DNA of 64,000 nucleotides. It comes from Nanobdellota archaeon (GTDB lineage: Archaea; Nanobdellota; Nanobdellia; Parvarchaeales; Parvarchaeaceae). The notes beneath the pieces were generated by a model. It searched no databases and had not been told where the DNA came from. It worked only from the letters and a program-made list of their open reading frames with translations. The translations under genes and the position numbers were made by a program. The DNA lies in assembly GCA_021794235.1 (NCBI GenBank), contig JAJYRE010000004.1, forward strand, positions 10,920 to 74,919, written 5' to 3'. Below are positions 8,860-17,725 of this stretch, piece by piece; within the stretch, counting starts at the first letter, position 1, and each line of letters opens with the position of its first letter.

Positions 8860-8980
8860 CCGCCCGTGGCGCAACGGCAACGCGTCCCGCTGTAGATGTA
8901 ACTAAGTGCTAACGATTAGTGCGATGAAGGGTAACACAGCAAGTACGGGAAGACTGCAGGTTCAAATCCGGCCGGGCGGA
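8860..8980 (+). tRNA. tRNA-Tyr(GUA) with a ~49-nt intron at or near position 37/38
   Basis: Manual cloverleaf: acceptor CCGCCCG/CGGGCGG (C1-G72, typical of archaeal tRNA-Tyr), D arm GCGC-AACGGCA-ACGC, anticodon stem TCCCG/CGGGA, loop CTGTAG|..A (GTA at 8892-8894). The intron spans about 8896-8944. Variable loop AGACT, T arm GCAGG-TTCAAAT-CCGGC, discriminator A. AT-rich TATA-like upstream region and T-run downstream. Confidence 0.85.
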
Positions 8981-8984
8981 GTTT

Positions 8985-10691
8985 TTATTTACTTACAAAG
9001 ATAAAACTGTTCTTTTTCTTGTCGTCGAGTATGCAGAACCCGAATCTCTCGAACTGCACCGTCTCTCCTTCCTTTATCTCGTGGACTGCCTCCTCAGCAA
9101 TTCCCTTGATGACTGTTAGGCTTTTCTCGTTGAAAGTTTCATCTTCGTTCAGCAGGTTCTCAACTACTTGTATTTCTACGTCGATGTTCTTATCGGTGAC
9201 CCACTGGATTATCTTTTCTCCGCCTTTCATCTCCTCACCGTAAAAGCTGCCGCGCACCTCATTGGTTCCTATATAGTCTATCTTTACGTTGAAGAGATCC
9301 TTGAGCCTTATAACGTTGTTTGAAGCCCTGTTGTCGATGTCCTTCGATTCTATGAAAAAGACGCCGTTCGTCTTTATCTCCCTCTCACCCATGTCTATCG
9401 ATGGATGGTTCTTTATCTTTGCTGTTTTTTCGGGTGCATTATCAACGACAAGCTTTACAGGCCTTGATACGAAGAACAGCCTTCTTGAAGTAGGGTCGAT
9501 TATCCTCCTGTTAAGGGTAAACAGCGAGTCCCATGAATACTCGTGTTTCGATTCCGAGTACCCCGATCTGAGAACGAATTCTCTGAACGCTTCCGGTCTT
9601 ATCCCCCTCCTCATGATTGCAGACATGGTCGGGAGGCGTATATCGTCCCATCCGCTTATTTCACCGGCCTCTACAAGGGCCCTTATCTTTCTCTTCGAGA
9701 AGGGCGTTCCTTTGAAGTTGTATCTTGAGAACTGCACGAGCACCGGATTTCTGAATCCCAGCATCTTTCTCAGCTCACTCTGCAGGACGTTCTTGAACTC
9801 GTTGCTCCTTATTATGTGGGTTATCCCGCAAAGTTCATCCTCTATAACGCTTGCGAAGTCGTACAGCGGCCAAACATTGTAGTCCCTATACGTGGTCTTT
9901 ATTATCCTGAATATTCCGGGATCCCTTAAAGACATGTCCCTGCTGTGCATGTCCATTTTAGCCCTGACTATCGCAGCTTCCGGCTCTATCCCTCCTTCCC
10001 GGGCCTTTTTCCACAGCTCCATATTCTCATTTACGGATCTGCCGCGGCAGGAACACTCCTTTCCGTCCATCCTGTTGTTTTTTATATCATCCTTGTCGCA
10101 GGTGCACACGTATGCCCTGTCGGATTTTAGAAGGGTCTCGCCGTAGGCATATATCCTCTCCATATCCTCAGTGATGAATTTTTCATGGTCCCATCTTATG
10201 CCTAGCCACGTGTATCCTTTTTTGAAATTGTCAACGAACTCCTGTTTGACTCTGTTTGGATTTGTGTCTTCAAATCTGAGCCAGATTTTTCCGTTGTACT
10301 TCTCTTTGTACATGTAGTTTATCAGACCCGATATGGCATGCCCCAAGTGCATGTATCCTGACGGCTCAGGCGGAAGTCTCAGGACTACCTCCCCTTTTAC
10401 ATCAGGTAGATCTTTAAGCTCGCCTTCCTTCGGCACGTCTTTCTTCTCTGCGCTTACATCCAAGTCCTTCGCTTTTTTCTGGAGCTCTTCCAGGCTCATC
10501 GAACCGAATTCCATTATGTATTTCTCTATTAGCGGTTTCAGTTCTGCCATCTCCTTCAGCAGCTCCTTGTTCTTGCCTATGAGACTTGATATCACGGGGC
10601 CCGTACTCGCCTTCCCCCCGTGTGCTATCGCATTCAGCAGCACAGCTTTTTCTACATCAGACTCGTTTATCATATATGCATTATAATCCAA
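8985..10691 (-). CDS. gltX: Glutamyl-tRNA synthetase (archaeal type)
   Basis: 568 aa. Class I HIGH region PEPSGYMHLGHA and the archaeal/eukaryal GluRS body (WLRFEDTNP, VWPLYDFA..IEDELCGITHIIR). Confidence 0.9.
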   Translation of the reverse strand: MDYNAYMINESDVEKAVLLNAIAHGGKASTGPVISSLIGKNKELLKEMAELKPLIEKYIMEFGSMSLEELQKKAKDLDVSAEKKDVPKEGELKDLPDVKGEVVLRLPPEPSGYMHLGHAISGLINYMYKEKYNGKIWLRFEDTNPNRVKQEFVDNFKKGYTWLGIRWDHEKFITEDMERIYAYGETLLKSDRAYVCTCDKDDIKNNRMDGKECSCRGRSVNENMELWKKAREGGIEPEAAIVRAKMDMHSRDMSLRDPGIFRIIKTTYRDYNVWPLYDFASVIEDELCGITHIIRSNEFKNVLQSELRKMLGFRNPVLVQFSRYNFKGTPFSKRKIRALVEAGEISGWDDIRLPTMSAIMRRGIRPEAFREFVLRSGYSESKHEYSWDSLFTLNRRIIDPTSRRLFFVSRPVKLVVDNAPEKTAKIKNHPSIDMGEREIKTNGVFFIESKDIDNRASNNVIRLKDLFNVKIDYIGTNEVRGSFYGEEMKGGEKIIQWVTDKNIDVEIQVVENLLNEDETFNEKSLTVIKGIAEEAVHEIKEGETVQFERFGFCILDDKKKNSFIFVSK

Positions 10692-10772
10692 TTTTATATT
10701 AAAACCAATCAGGAGCCCCTAGCACCTATGTTTTTAAATACTTGGAAAATAATAATGTTATGAGGTGATAAC

Positions 10773-10952
10773 ATGGCAGATTTCGTAAGAAAGAGCATTG
10801 TTAAACAAGAAGTAAAGAAAGTCGGTAAGGACATGAGATGCCCTGATGAGACTATAGAGGGTCTTGACAAGTTCGTTAAGGCTGCAATAGAGAGAGCTGT
10901 ACACAGAGCAAAATCTGATGGCAGGAAGACTCTAAGAGCACACGACTTCTAA
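10773..10952 (+). CDS. 59-aa histone-fold-like small protein (truncated fold; DUF1931-like?)
   Basis: Below the track cutoff. My translation is MADFVRKSIVKQEVKKVGKDMRCPDETIEGLDKFVKAAIERAVHRAKSDGRKTLRAHDF*. By eye it aligns with archaeal histone alpha1-L1-alpha2-L2 (..AGAERVSDDA..LAK..A..A..LA.HAGRKTIKAEDI) but lacks alpha3. SD gaggtga lies upstream and a T-rich tract downstream. Confidence 0.45.
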   Translation: MADFVRKSIVKQEVKKVGKDMRCPDETIEGLDKFVKAAIERAVHRAKSDGRKTLRAHDF

Positions 10953-10960
10953 AACACGCA

Positions 10961-10999
10961 TTTTTTTATTTTTTATTTTATTCTTTTTTAACCTTTTTA
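10961..10999 (+). terminator. Oligo-T tract (archaeal intrinsic terminator candidate)
   Basis: tttttttattttttattttattcttttttaacctttttat lies directly after the 59-aa ORF. Archaeal RNAP terminates at oligo-T. Confidence 0.4.
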
Positions 11000-11022
11000 T
11001 TCTGACATAGCCTAATCAAGTT

Positions 11023-11478
11023 ATGATCAGCACTGAGATGATTCTTGGTATAATCATCATAGTCGTGGGAGTAGTGACTCTGGTGAGGATAATCAAGCCA
11101 TTATTCGAAGGGATTATCATAATAGCGCTGATATTCATAGGCAGTGCCCTTCTTTTCCATTCTACCCCAGTTCTAGGCCTGCCGAATTTCAACCTTCCCG
11201 TCGGGATAGGTCCGAACATAGTCGGTGCGAGCGCCGGCACTTCCGGAACAACGGCGCTGATAATATTCAACGCGAACGCCATTAGTATAACCCATTTTAC
11301 AGTAAACGTCAATAACAAGTCTGTGACGGTTCTGAATCAGAACTTATCCATACCCGCTGCCAAGTTCGGGGTAGTAATCATCAATTCCTCTTCACATGGC
11401 TTCATAGCACTGAAGGCTTACTCGAATCTCTTCGGATTCAACCTCATAGCCTCCAATACTACGTATAATTACACGTAG
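11023..11478 (+). CDS. Membrane-anchored hypothetical protein
   Basis: 151 aa. Two N-terminal hydrophobic helices are followed by an Asn/Ser-rich domain with sequons (NKS, NLS, NSS, NTT). Confidence 0.45.
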   Translation: MISTEMILGIIIIVVGVVTLVRIIKPLFEGIIIIALIFIGSALLFHSTPVLGLPNFNLPVGIGPNIVGASAGTSGTTALIIFNANAISITHFTVNVNNKSVTVLNQNLSIPAAKFGVVIINSSSHGFIALKAYSNLFGFNLIASNTTYNYT

Positions 11479-11552
11479 ATCTTTACGGTTGGAATGGGGA
11501 AAAACAGCGAGTTATACCTATTTATCCTATAACTTTCAAGGTTATACTTGAC

Positions 11553-11854
11553 AAGCTAGCCGGGAAGTTAGCCCCTTCCTACAACGCAAATGGGCTTTAG
11601 GCGTGGTGAAACGTGGCTGAGGGACAGTGATTCCTTACACGGTAGCAAAGCTATCTAAGAATCACAGCCCTACAGGATGCATGGGTCTATTAACCCGGCC
11701 AGGTCCGGAAGGAAGCAACCGTACATAGAAACGTGTATGCTTATAGGCAAACTGTGAGGAGAAAATGTTGCTACCCTCTATATGGATAGCTGTTTCGAGG
11801 CCATGGCTTGTCACTTCTTATCATCAAAATCGACCCTCGCCCGGTGATAGGCTT
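11553..11854 (+). ncRNA. ffs: Signal recognition particle RNA (archaeal 7S RNA); ends approximate (+/- 10 nt)
   Basis: Contains the universally conserved helix-8 motif ccggccAGGTCCGGAAGGAAGCAaccg (about 11696-11722). The 5' Alu-like hairpins are GGAAG-ttagcccc-CTTCC and ACGC-aaatgggctttag-GCGT. The 5' AAGC..CCGGG pairs with the 3' CCCGG..GCTT. About 300 nt, as expected for archaeal SRP RNA. Confidence 0.8.
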
Positions 11855-11893
11855 AAAACATTAAAATAGCTTAACTACTTTAGTTTTTAATAA

Positions 11894-11978
11894 GTCGGGA
11901 TGGCCGAGTGGTCGAAGGCACACGCCTGCTAAGCGTGGAAGCCAAAAGCTTCCGTGGGTTCAAATCCCACTCCCGACG
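11894..11978 (+). tRNA. tRNA-Ser(GCU)
   Basis: Acceptor GTCGGGA/TCCCGAC, anticodon arm CACGC-CTGCTAA-GCGTG, long variable arm GAAGC-caaaa-GCTTC, T arm GTGGG-TTCAAAT-CCCAC, discriminator G. Confidence 0.9.
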
Positions 11979-12012
11979 CGTATAAATTTCATAATATATT
12001 TATAAATGTGTA

Positions 12013-12843
12013 ATGGAGTACAGACTTCCTGTCGATACAAGAAAAAATATCGTAAGACTATATAAATCGGGTTTTAGCATTCCAGAGCTATCTGATGCAT
12101 TTTGCTGTAGTAGAACTACCATTAACAGATATATAATAAGCTCGATGGGAGTTAGGGAAGCAAAGACTCCCGTGAAATTTAACCCGCGTGTTAAAAGTGA
12201 ATTAGGAGAATTTATCGGTGTATTTGCTGGAGACGGTAATGTAGATTTTGACCAATCAAAATATAGATACAGAATACGAATAACTTTGTCTAAAAACGAA
12301 ACCGTTTATTATGAGCGATTAAGCCATGTATCTAAAAATCTATTTGGTAAGAAGCCCTTCCTAGTAACACACAACAATCGTAACTGCATCGATCTTATTT
12401 TGGTTGGAAAGCCTATTTTGAAAATACTACAACATTATCTAGATTTTGATTTAAAAGATAAAACGCATACAATAGCACTTAAGGGAGACATTAACAATTA
12501 TAGTAAAGTCTTTCTTAGTAACTTTATAATGGGTCTAACTATTAGTGATGGCGGAGTTTATAACAGATACTACGGCAAAGGCTACTTGGAAAGAAAAATT
12601 GAGTTTACAAATACTTCCAGGAAATTGGCCGAACAGTATTACAAAATAGTAAATAATGTATTCGGTATAGACTCCCATTTCTATATACACCAACCATCAG
12701 TTTCTGGTCATAGTATAGCTTATAGAGTGGCTATCCTTTCTTACAGCAATATTTTAAAGTTCTATAACAGGATAGGTATGACAGAACCAAACAGAATGAG
12801 CGTCCTTGAGAGTATAGTCTCTAGTCAACATATTTACAAATAA
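12013..12843 (+). CDS. Free-standing double-motif LAGLIDADG-like endonuclease/DNA-binding protein with an N-terminal HTH
   Basis: 276 aa. Two LAGLIDADG-like motifs, ELGEFIGVFAGDGNV and FLSNFIMGLTISDGGV, lie about 100 aa apart. The N-terminal region resembles a resolvase-type HTH (RLYKSGFSIPELSDAFCCSRTTINRYI). The gene is visibly more AT-rich than its flanks. Confidence 0.55.
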   Translation: MEYRLPVDTRKNIVRLYKSGFSIPELSDAFCCSRTTINRYIISSMGVREAKTPVKFNPRVKSELGEFIGVFAGDGNVDFDQSKYRYRIRITLSKNETVYYERLSHVSKNLFGKKPFLVTHNNRNCIDLILVGKPILKILQHYLDFDLKDKTHTIALKGDINNYSKVFLSNFIMGLTISDGGVYNRYYGKGYLERKIEFTNTSRKLAEQYYKIVNNVFGIDSHFYIHQPSVSGHSIAYRVAILSYSNILKFYNRIGMTEPNRMSVLESIVSSQHIYK

Positions 12844-12882
12844 GCTAAAATTTATAAATACACCGCACATACTATAAACACT

Positions 12883-13065
12883 ATGATGGACGAAAAGATA
12901 GCCACTAAACTGTTGGGACAGGTTATGAAAGGACTGTTTTCGAGGAGCCAGAAGCTTACTCTGAACCTTGATGACGTCAAACTCAAACTTCCAGCATTTG
13001 ACGAACCGATAAGATTGTCAGGCAAGATATCTATTGATCTTTCCAGTTCAAAGGGTAAAAAGTAA
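12883..13065 (+). CDS. Small hypothetical protein (60 aa)
   Basis: ORF only. Sits directly upstream of the uL16 gene. No recognisable motif. Confidence 0.3.
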   Translation: MMDEKIATKLLGQVMKGLFSRSQKLTLNLDDVKLKLPAFDEPIRLSGKISIDLSSSKGKK

Positions 13066-13071
13066 ACGTAT

Positions 13072-13596
13072 ATGTCATCGAAATTAAGACCAGGAAGAGC
13101 TTACAAGTTTTTAGAAATGCCGTACACTAGGAGATCCAAGTACAAGGCAAAGAGCTACATCAAGATGGCCCAAAAGCCTAAGATAACACAGTACCACTCC
13201 GGAAATTCCTCAAGGAAATTCTCAAAGAAGATCCTTATATTATCAAGAAATTCGTACCAGTTGAGAGACAACGCTATAGAGGCCGCAAGGATTATCGCTA
13301 ACAAGTACCTAACGGATTCGATAACCGATAGGAACTTCCACATAATAGTCGTTACATACCCCCACCACGTTCTCAGAGAGCACAAGCTTGCAACAGGTGC
13401 GGGTGCAGACAGGTTCTCATCGGGTATGCAGAAGTCGTTCGGGAAGCCGGTAGGACTCGCTGCAAGGGTCGCAGCAGGGCAGAGGATATTCGAGATACAC
13501 ATAGAGCCTGAACACGTAGGGCAGGCAAAGATAGCTGCAGAGAAGATGGGAAAGAAACTCGGTATACCAACCGCTGTAGTAGAGACTGCAGTTTAA
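13072..13596 (+). CDS. rpl10e: 50S ribosomal protein L10e (uL16)
   Basis: 174 aa: RPGRAYKFLEMPYTRRSKY...ITQYHSGN...LATGAGADRFSSGMQKSFGKPVG, typical of L10e/uL16. Confidence 0.9.
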   Translation: MSSKLRPGRAYKFLEMPYTRRSKYKAKSYIKMAQKPKITQYHSGNSSRKFSKKILILSRNSYQLRDNAIEAARIIANKYLTDSITDRNFHIIVVTYPHHVLREHKLATGAGADRFSSGMQKSFGKPVGLAARVAAGQRIFEIHIEPEHVGQAKIAAEKMGKKLGIPTAVVETAV

Positions 13597-14123
13597 AAGA
13601 ACTCTTCTTCGTATTTTCCCACACTATTGGCGAATCTGAACAGCATGTAGAAGAACGATGAAAGTCTGTTCGTGTAGGCCAGAATATTCTTATTCTTAGG
13701 ATCAATCTCTGCAACAGACCTCTCAGCCCTTCTGGCTATCGCTCTGCATATGTTTAGCGTAGTCGCCAGCTCGGTACCGTTCGGATACGAGAACTTTGGA
13801 ACGTATTTGACAAGTTCGGAATAGGACGCCATAGTCTCCTCGAGTTCCTTAACGGTCTTTTCGGATATAGGCGAGATATCTTTTCCTTTCACTTTTTCCA
13901 TGTAGCCGGAGAGTTCGGAATTTATAAGATATATATTCTTCTCCACTTCCTTAAGGTCGGATGTGATTCTGTGCTGGAAGCCAACCTTCGCGAGGGCATT
14001 TCCTATGAACGAATTGAGTTCATCCAGTTCACCCATCGCCTTAACGGTAGGGTCGGTCTTCGGCACCCTGCCGGATGCCAGTGATGTTTCTCCTTCGTCT
14101 CCGCGTCCGGTGAAGTATTTCAT
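13593..14123 (-). CDS. ATP:cob(I)alamin adenosyltransferase, PduO type
   Basis: 176 aa. MKYFTGRGDEGETSLASGRVPKTDPTVKAMGELDELNSFIG is the PduO/MMAB N-terminal signature. Confidence 0.8.
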   Translation of the reverse strand: MKYFTGRGDEGETSLASGRVPKTDPTVKAMGELDELNSFIGNALAKVGFQHRITSDLKEVEKNIYLINSELSGYMEKVKGKDISPISEKTVKELEETMASYSELVKYVPKFSYPNGTELATTLNICRAIARRAERSVAEIDPKNKNILAYTNRLSSFFYMLFRFANSVGKYEEEFF

Positions 14124-14470
14124 TGGTTCTCAGTTTCATCTTTTTGGTTATCGGGGTTCTTAAGCAGGTAATACTTCGCTTTTCTTCTTATGTTGTCTAT
14201 GTACACCCTGAACATATCATACGACAGTCTGTAGTAGACGCTTTTCCCCCTGTGCTCCGAGACCAGTATCACGTTGAACATCGGCGATATCAGGTTGTAG
14301 AAATGCTTCTTGTTAGTCGGTGAATTGAGATCTAGACCGAGAATCGATGATAGCTCCTCCCTGCTCACGCCGCCCTTTTCCCTCAGCGTATTTATTATCG
14401 TTTCAGCCTCGGTGTAGAGCTTCTTGCTCTTCGGATGGTTTCCGTATATCATGTACAAAAGCTCTTCCAT
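14120..14470 (-). CDS. Hypothetical protein, possible winged-helix DNA-binding protein
   Basis: 116 aa. The segment TLREKGGVSREELSSILGL is HTH-like. 4-nt overlap with the downstream gene. Confidence 0.4.
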   Translation of the reverse strand: MEELLYMIYGNHPKSKKLYTEAETIINTLREKGGVSREELSSILGLDLNSPTNKKHFYNLISPMFNVILVSEHRGKSVYYRLSYDMFRVYIDNIRRKAKYYLLKNPDNQKDETENQ

Positions 14471-14530
14471 AGTATTATCTAGACATCACATTATTTATTG
14501 ATTTAAATATACAAAATGTTCTAAAATTAA

Positions 14531-15187
14531 ATGAAGATAGATTTCGCGGATATAATTAAAAACAGCTTTTATCTCCTCTTTAAGGACGATGTAGTCCTTA
14601 TGGTAGCGATAATCTACGCAATAATCGCCTTTTTAGTCGGTTTCTTCTACCTCGGCACTAGCGTTGTCTATAACACTATCATGCCGGTCATCTCCGCGCC
14701 TGTAGGTGCCCTATACTTCCTGGTAGCTATACTGATGGTGCTTCTTTTGCTGTACCTTAACGGTTTGGTATTCATCAGGATAAACAAGAAACTAAGGGGA
14801 AAGAGGCTTTACAACGAAGCCCTCAGGAGATTTCCTTCTCTTCTAGGAACCTCTATACTTGAAGGAATAATAATAGGCCTGGGTTTAATAGCCTTCATAA
14901 TACCGGGTATATACCTCGCGATAAAGCTGGTGATGGCAGGGCCAATAGCCGTATTGAACGATAAAAATCCAATAGATGCACTTAAGGACAGTTGGGACGC
15001 CACTACAGGCAACTGGTGGGAGATATTCGCGACCGTTCTTGTAATCGGTATAATAGTCTCCATAATAGGACTGATACCTTACGTATCAAACTTCATAGCA
15101 TTTGCCGGCACGATAGCGCTGGCGTTGATATTCGGCTCGCTGTTCAAGAAGAAAGCGAGTACAAGATCTAGAAAGAAGAAGCGCTGA
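14531..15187 (+). CDS. Polytopic membrane protein with a basic C-terminal tail
   Basis: 218 aa, about 5 TM helices, C-terminus KKKASTRSRKKKR. No family assigned with confidence. Confidence 0.5.
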   Translation: MKIDFADIIKNSFYLLFKDDVVLMVAIIYAIIAFLVGFFYLGTSVVYNTIMPVISAPVGALYFLVAILMVLLLLYLNGLVFIRINKKLRGKRLYNEALRRFPSLLGTSILEGIIIGLGLIAFIIPGIYLAIKLVMAGPIAVLNDKNPIDALKDSWDATTGNWWEIFATVLVIGIIVSIIGLIPYVSNFIAFAGTIALALIFGSLFKKKASTRSRKKKR

Positions 15188-15239
15188 TTCCAGCAGGTCT
15201 TCAGTTTAAGATTAAATAATATAGTTTGATACTATCACT

Positions 15240-16433
15240 ATGTTGGACCATATCCAGAGAAGCGGGAAACTGCTCTTAGTCACAAAGGCGCTGCGCGTGT
15301 TCGGATTCGGTTTTCTGAGTATAATTCTGCCGCTTTACCTTCTTCGTCTTGGATACAGCCACATCTTCATCGGAATAGTCCTTTCTGTATCCATATTCAG
15401 CAGCGTTGTCTATAACACACTGATCAGCGCCTTTGCAGACAGGTTCGGCAGGGGCAGGTCGCTTATCCTTCTATCAGTAATGATGGCATTTTCGGGAGCA
15501 CTGCTCGCCTCTAACCTATCACCCGCAGCAGTTGTTTTCGCGGCCATGATAGGGGCGATGAGTGTCACAGGGACGGAAACAGGTCCGTTTATGGCAATCG
15601 AACAGGCCGCAATACCAAATCTAGTAAAGGGAAAGAACAGGACAAGTACGTTCGGAATATACAACTTCCTAGGATATTCCGCTGCCGCTCTCGGAGCTCT
15701 TTTCAGCGGGCTTCCCGTCCTTTTCGGATCTTTTTCCGGTTTTTACCTCCTATTGTACATATATATTGTAATAGCACTGACGCTCGCGTTCATCTATCAT
15801 AGGATAGGCGACGGCCTAGAACCCAGAAAAAAGAAGGTCACGAAAGTGCACCTGTCGGATAAAGGGAAAAGAACGATCTTGAAACTGTCGGTTCTTTTTT
15901 CAATCGACGCGTTCGGCGGGGGATTCATACTGCAGAGCCTGCTGACGCTGTGGTTCGTATCCAGGTACAACATGGGCCTCGGCACGCTCTCGCTGATTTT
16001 TCTCGCTACAAATATCATCACGGCGATATCCCTTCTTATAGCTCCTATGATAGCGAAGAGGATAGGTCTCCTGAATACCATGGTTTTCACCCATATCCCT
16101 TCGAATATATTCCTTATAGCAATACCTATAGCGCCGACGGCAATCTCCGCCGTAATATTCCTTTTCTTAAGGCAGTCCCTGTCCCAGATGGATGTTCCGA
16201 CGAGACAGTCGTATACGATGGCGATAGTAAAACCGGAAGAGCGCACGGCATTGTCGGGTATAACAAATATACCTAGGAGCGTAGCCAACGGTATAAGTCC
16301 AAGCATCTCGAGCTATCTGATAGGGGCATTCGATTATTCCATTCCATTTTTTGCGTCCGGAGCGATAAAGATATTCTATGACATCCTGATATTCATGACT
16401 TTCAGGAAAGTCAAGCCACCCGAAGAAAAGTAG
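15240..16433 (+). CDS. MFS transporter
   Basis: 397 aa, about 12 TM. The loop 2-3 motif FADRFGRGRSL is a typical MFS signature. Confidence 0.75.
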   Translation: MLDHIQRSGKLLLVTKALRVFGFGFLSIILPLYLLRLGYSHIFIGIVLSVSIFSSVVYNTLISAFADRFGRGRSLILLSVMMAFSGALLASNLSPAAVVFAAMIGAMSVTGTETGPFMAIEQAAIPNLVKGKNRTSTFGIYNFLGYSAAALGALFSGLPVLFGSFSGFYLLLYIYIVIALTLAFIYHRIGDGLEPRKKKVTKVHLSDKGKRTILKLSVLFSIDAFGGGFILQSLLTLWFVSRYNMGLGTLSLIFLATNIITAISLLIAPMIAKRIGLLNTMVFTHIPSNIFLIAIPIAPTAISAVIFLFLRQSLSQMDVPTRQSYTMAIVKPEERTALSGITNIPRSVANGISPSISSYLIGAFDYSIPFFASGAIKIFYDILIFMTFRKVKPPEEK

Positions 16434-16539
16434 CCAGGCCTTTAATAGCCCTTAGGATTTCAAACTGTAAATGACCGCTTTTTATCCACAAAGACTATAA
16501 TAGTTTGATGACAACTATAACATCTATGCGAGGCATACT

Positions 16540-17388
16540 TTGATACAGGCATTTTATTCATTAGCACTTCTTCTCATAGGCATCGCCGCGGGAGTAGTCG
16601 GTTCTTTCACCGGACTGGGTGGTGCGGTAATAATAACTCCGGTGCTTTCAATTCTGTTCGGGGTCCCGTTGGAATATGCGGCGGGTGCAAGCCTAGTCTC
16701 AACGATAGCGACATCCAGCGGAGCCGCACCGGCGTACATAAAGGGCGGGATAACAAACCTGCGTATAGGTATGTCTCTGGAGATAGCCACAACTATGGGT
16801 GCGATAATAGGGGCGCTTTTTGCCGTATTTGTGTACTCCCACAATTACACCTATATCCTTTTCATAATCTTCGGTGTCACTGTGATGCTGTCCATATTCC
16901 CGACGCTCAGGAACGGTGGCAAGAGACGCAAAAGCCGCCAAGACTGGTCTACAAAGAAATTTCAGCTCACAGGTACATATTATGATGATGCTTCTAAGAA
17001 GGCAATCAAATATTTCGGCGTAAGATGGTGGCTCGGAGAGACAGTGATGGTCTTTGCGGGTATAATATCCGGTCTTCTCGGAGTAGGCTCCGGTGTCCTT
17101 AAGGTTTTGGCTATGGATTCTGGGATGCACCTCCCGATAAAAGTAAGCACTGCGACGAGCGATTTTATGATAGGAGTAACCGCCGTAACAGGAAGCGCTG
17201 TTTACTGGGGGCTCGGCTACATTAAACCACTGCTTGTTGCACCAGTGATAATAGGAGTTCTTATCGGCGCGTACATCGGCAGCAGGGTAATGGAGGAGGA
17301 AAAGGCCAGCAAGGTGCGGAAAGTATTTCTGATAATCTTAATCATAGTATCTGTGGAAATGATCCTCAGGGGTTTGGGTATAGCATGA
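16540..17388 (+). CDS. TauE/SafE (TSUP) family anion exporter/permease
   Basis: 282 aa. GVVGSFTGLGGAVIITPVL and the repeated half GLLGVGSGVLKV are typical of DUF81/TauE. TTG start. Confidence 0.8.
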   Translation: MIQAFYSLALLLIGIAAGVVGSFTGLGGAVIITPVLSILFGVPLEYAAGASLVSTIATSSGAAPAYIKGGITNLRIGMSLEIATTMGAIIGALFAVFVYSHNYTYILFIIFGVTVMLSIFPTLRNGGKRRKSRQDWSTKKFQLTGTYYDDASKKAIKYFGVRWWLGETVMVFAGIISGLLGVGSGVLKVLAMDSGMHLPIKVSTATSDFMIGVTAVTGSAVYWGLGYIKPLLVAPVIIGVLIGAYIGSRVMEEEKASKVRKVFLIILIIVSVEMILRGLGIA

Positions 17389-17690
17389 AAAAGGATAAGC
17401 TTGAGCGAATAATCTACACGACTCTTAAAGTAGGAGCCATAGCCAGTGGTATCCTTCTGACGACAGGTGTCATAATGGAGATATTTTTTACCGGATTCTC
17501 CTCAACGGCATACACCGTGATGACAATAGGGATATTCGTACTGTTCGCAACCCCTATAACAGGCGTCGGAACTTCTGTATTTGTGTTTGCGTTCGAACGC
17601 AATAAGCTCTACACTATCATAACTACAGTGGTATTCATAGACATAATGGTCGCAATCTTTATAGTGCCTAGGTTCCTCTATATAATCTAA
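17385..17690 (+). CDS. Small membrane protein, DUF1634-like partner of TauE
   Basis: 101 aa, 3 TM. 4-nt overlap with the TauE gene, which is the usual DUF81-DUF1634 pairing. Confidence 0.55.
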   Translation: MKKDKLERIIYTTLKVGAIASGILLTTGVIMEIFFTGFSSTAYTVMTIGIFVLFATPITGVGTSVFVFAFERNKLYTIITTVVFIDIMVAIFIVPRFLYII

Positions 17691-17725
17691 TCGCCTTTTT
17701 AATTGACAGAGCGCCATATTTTACT

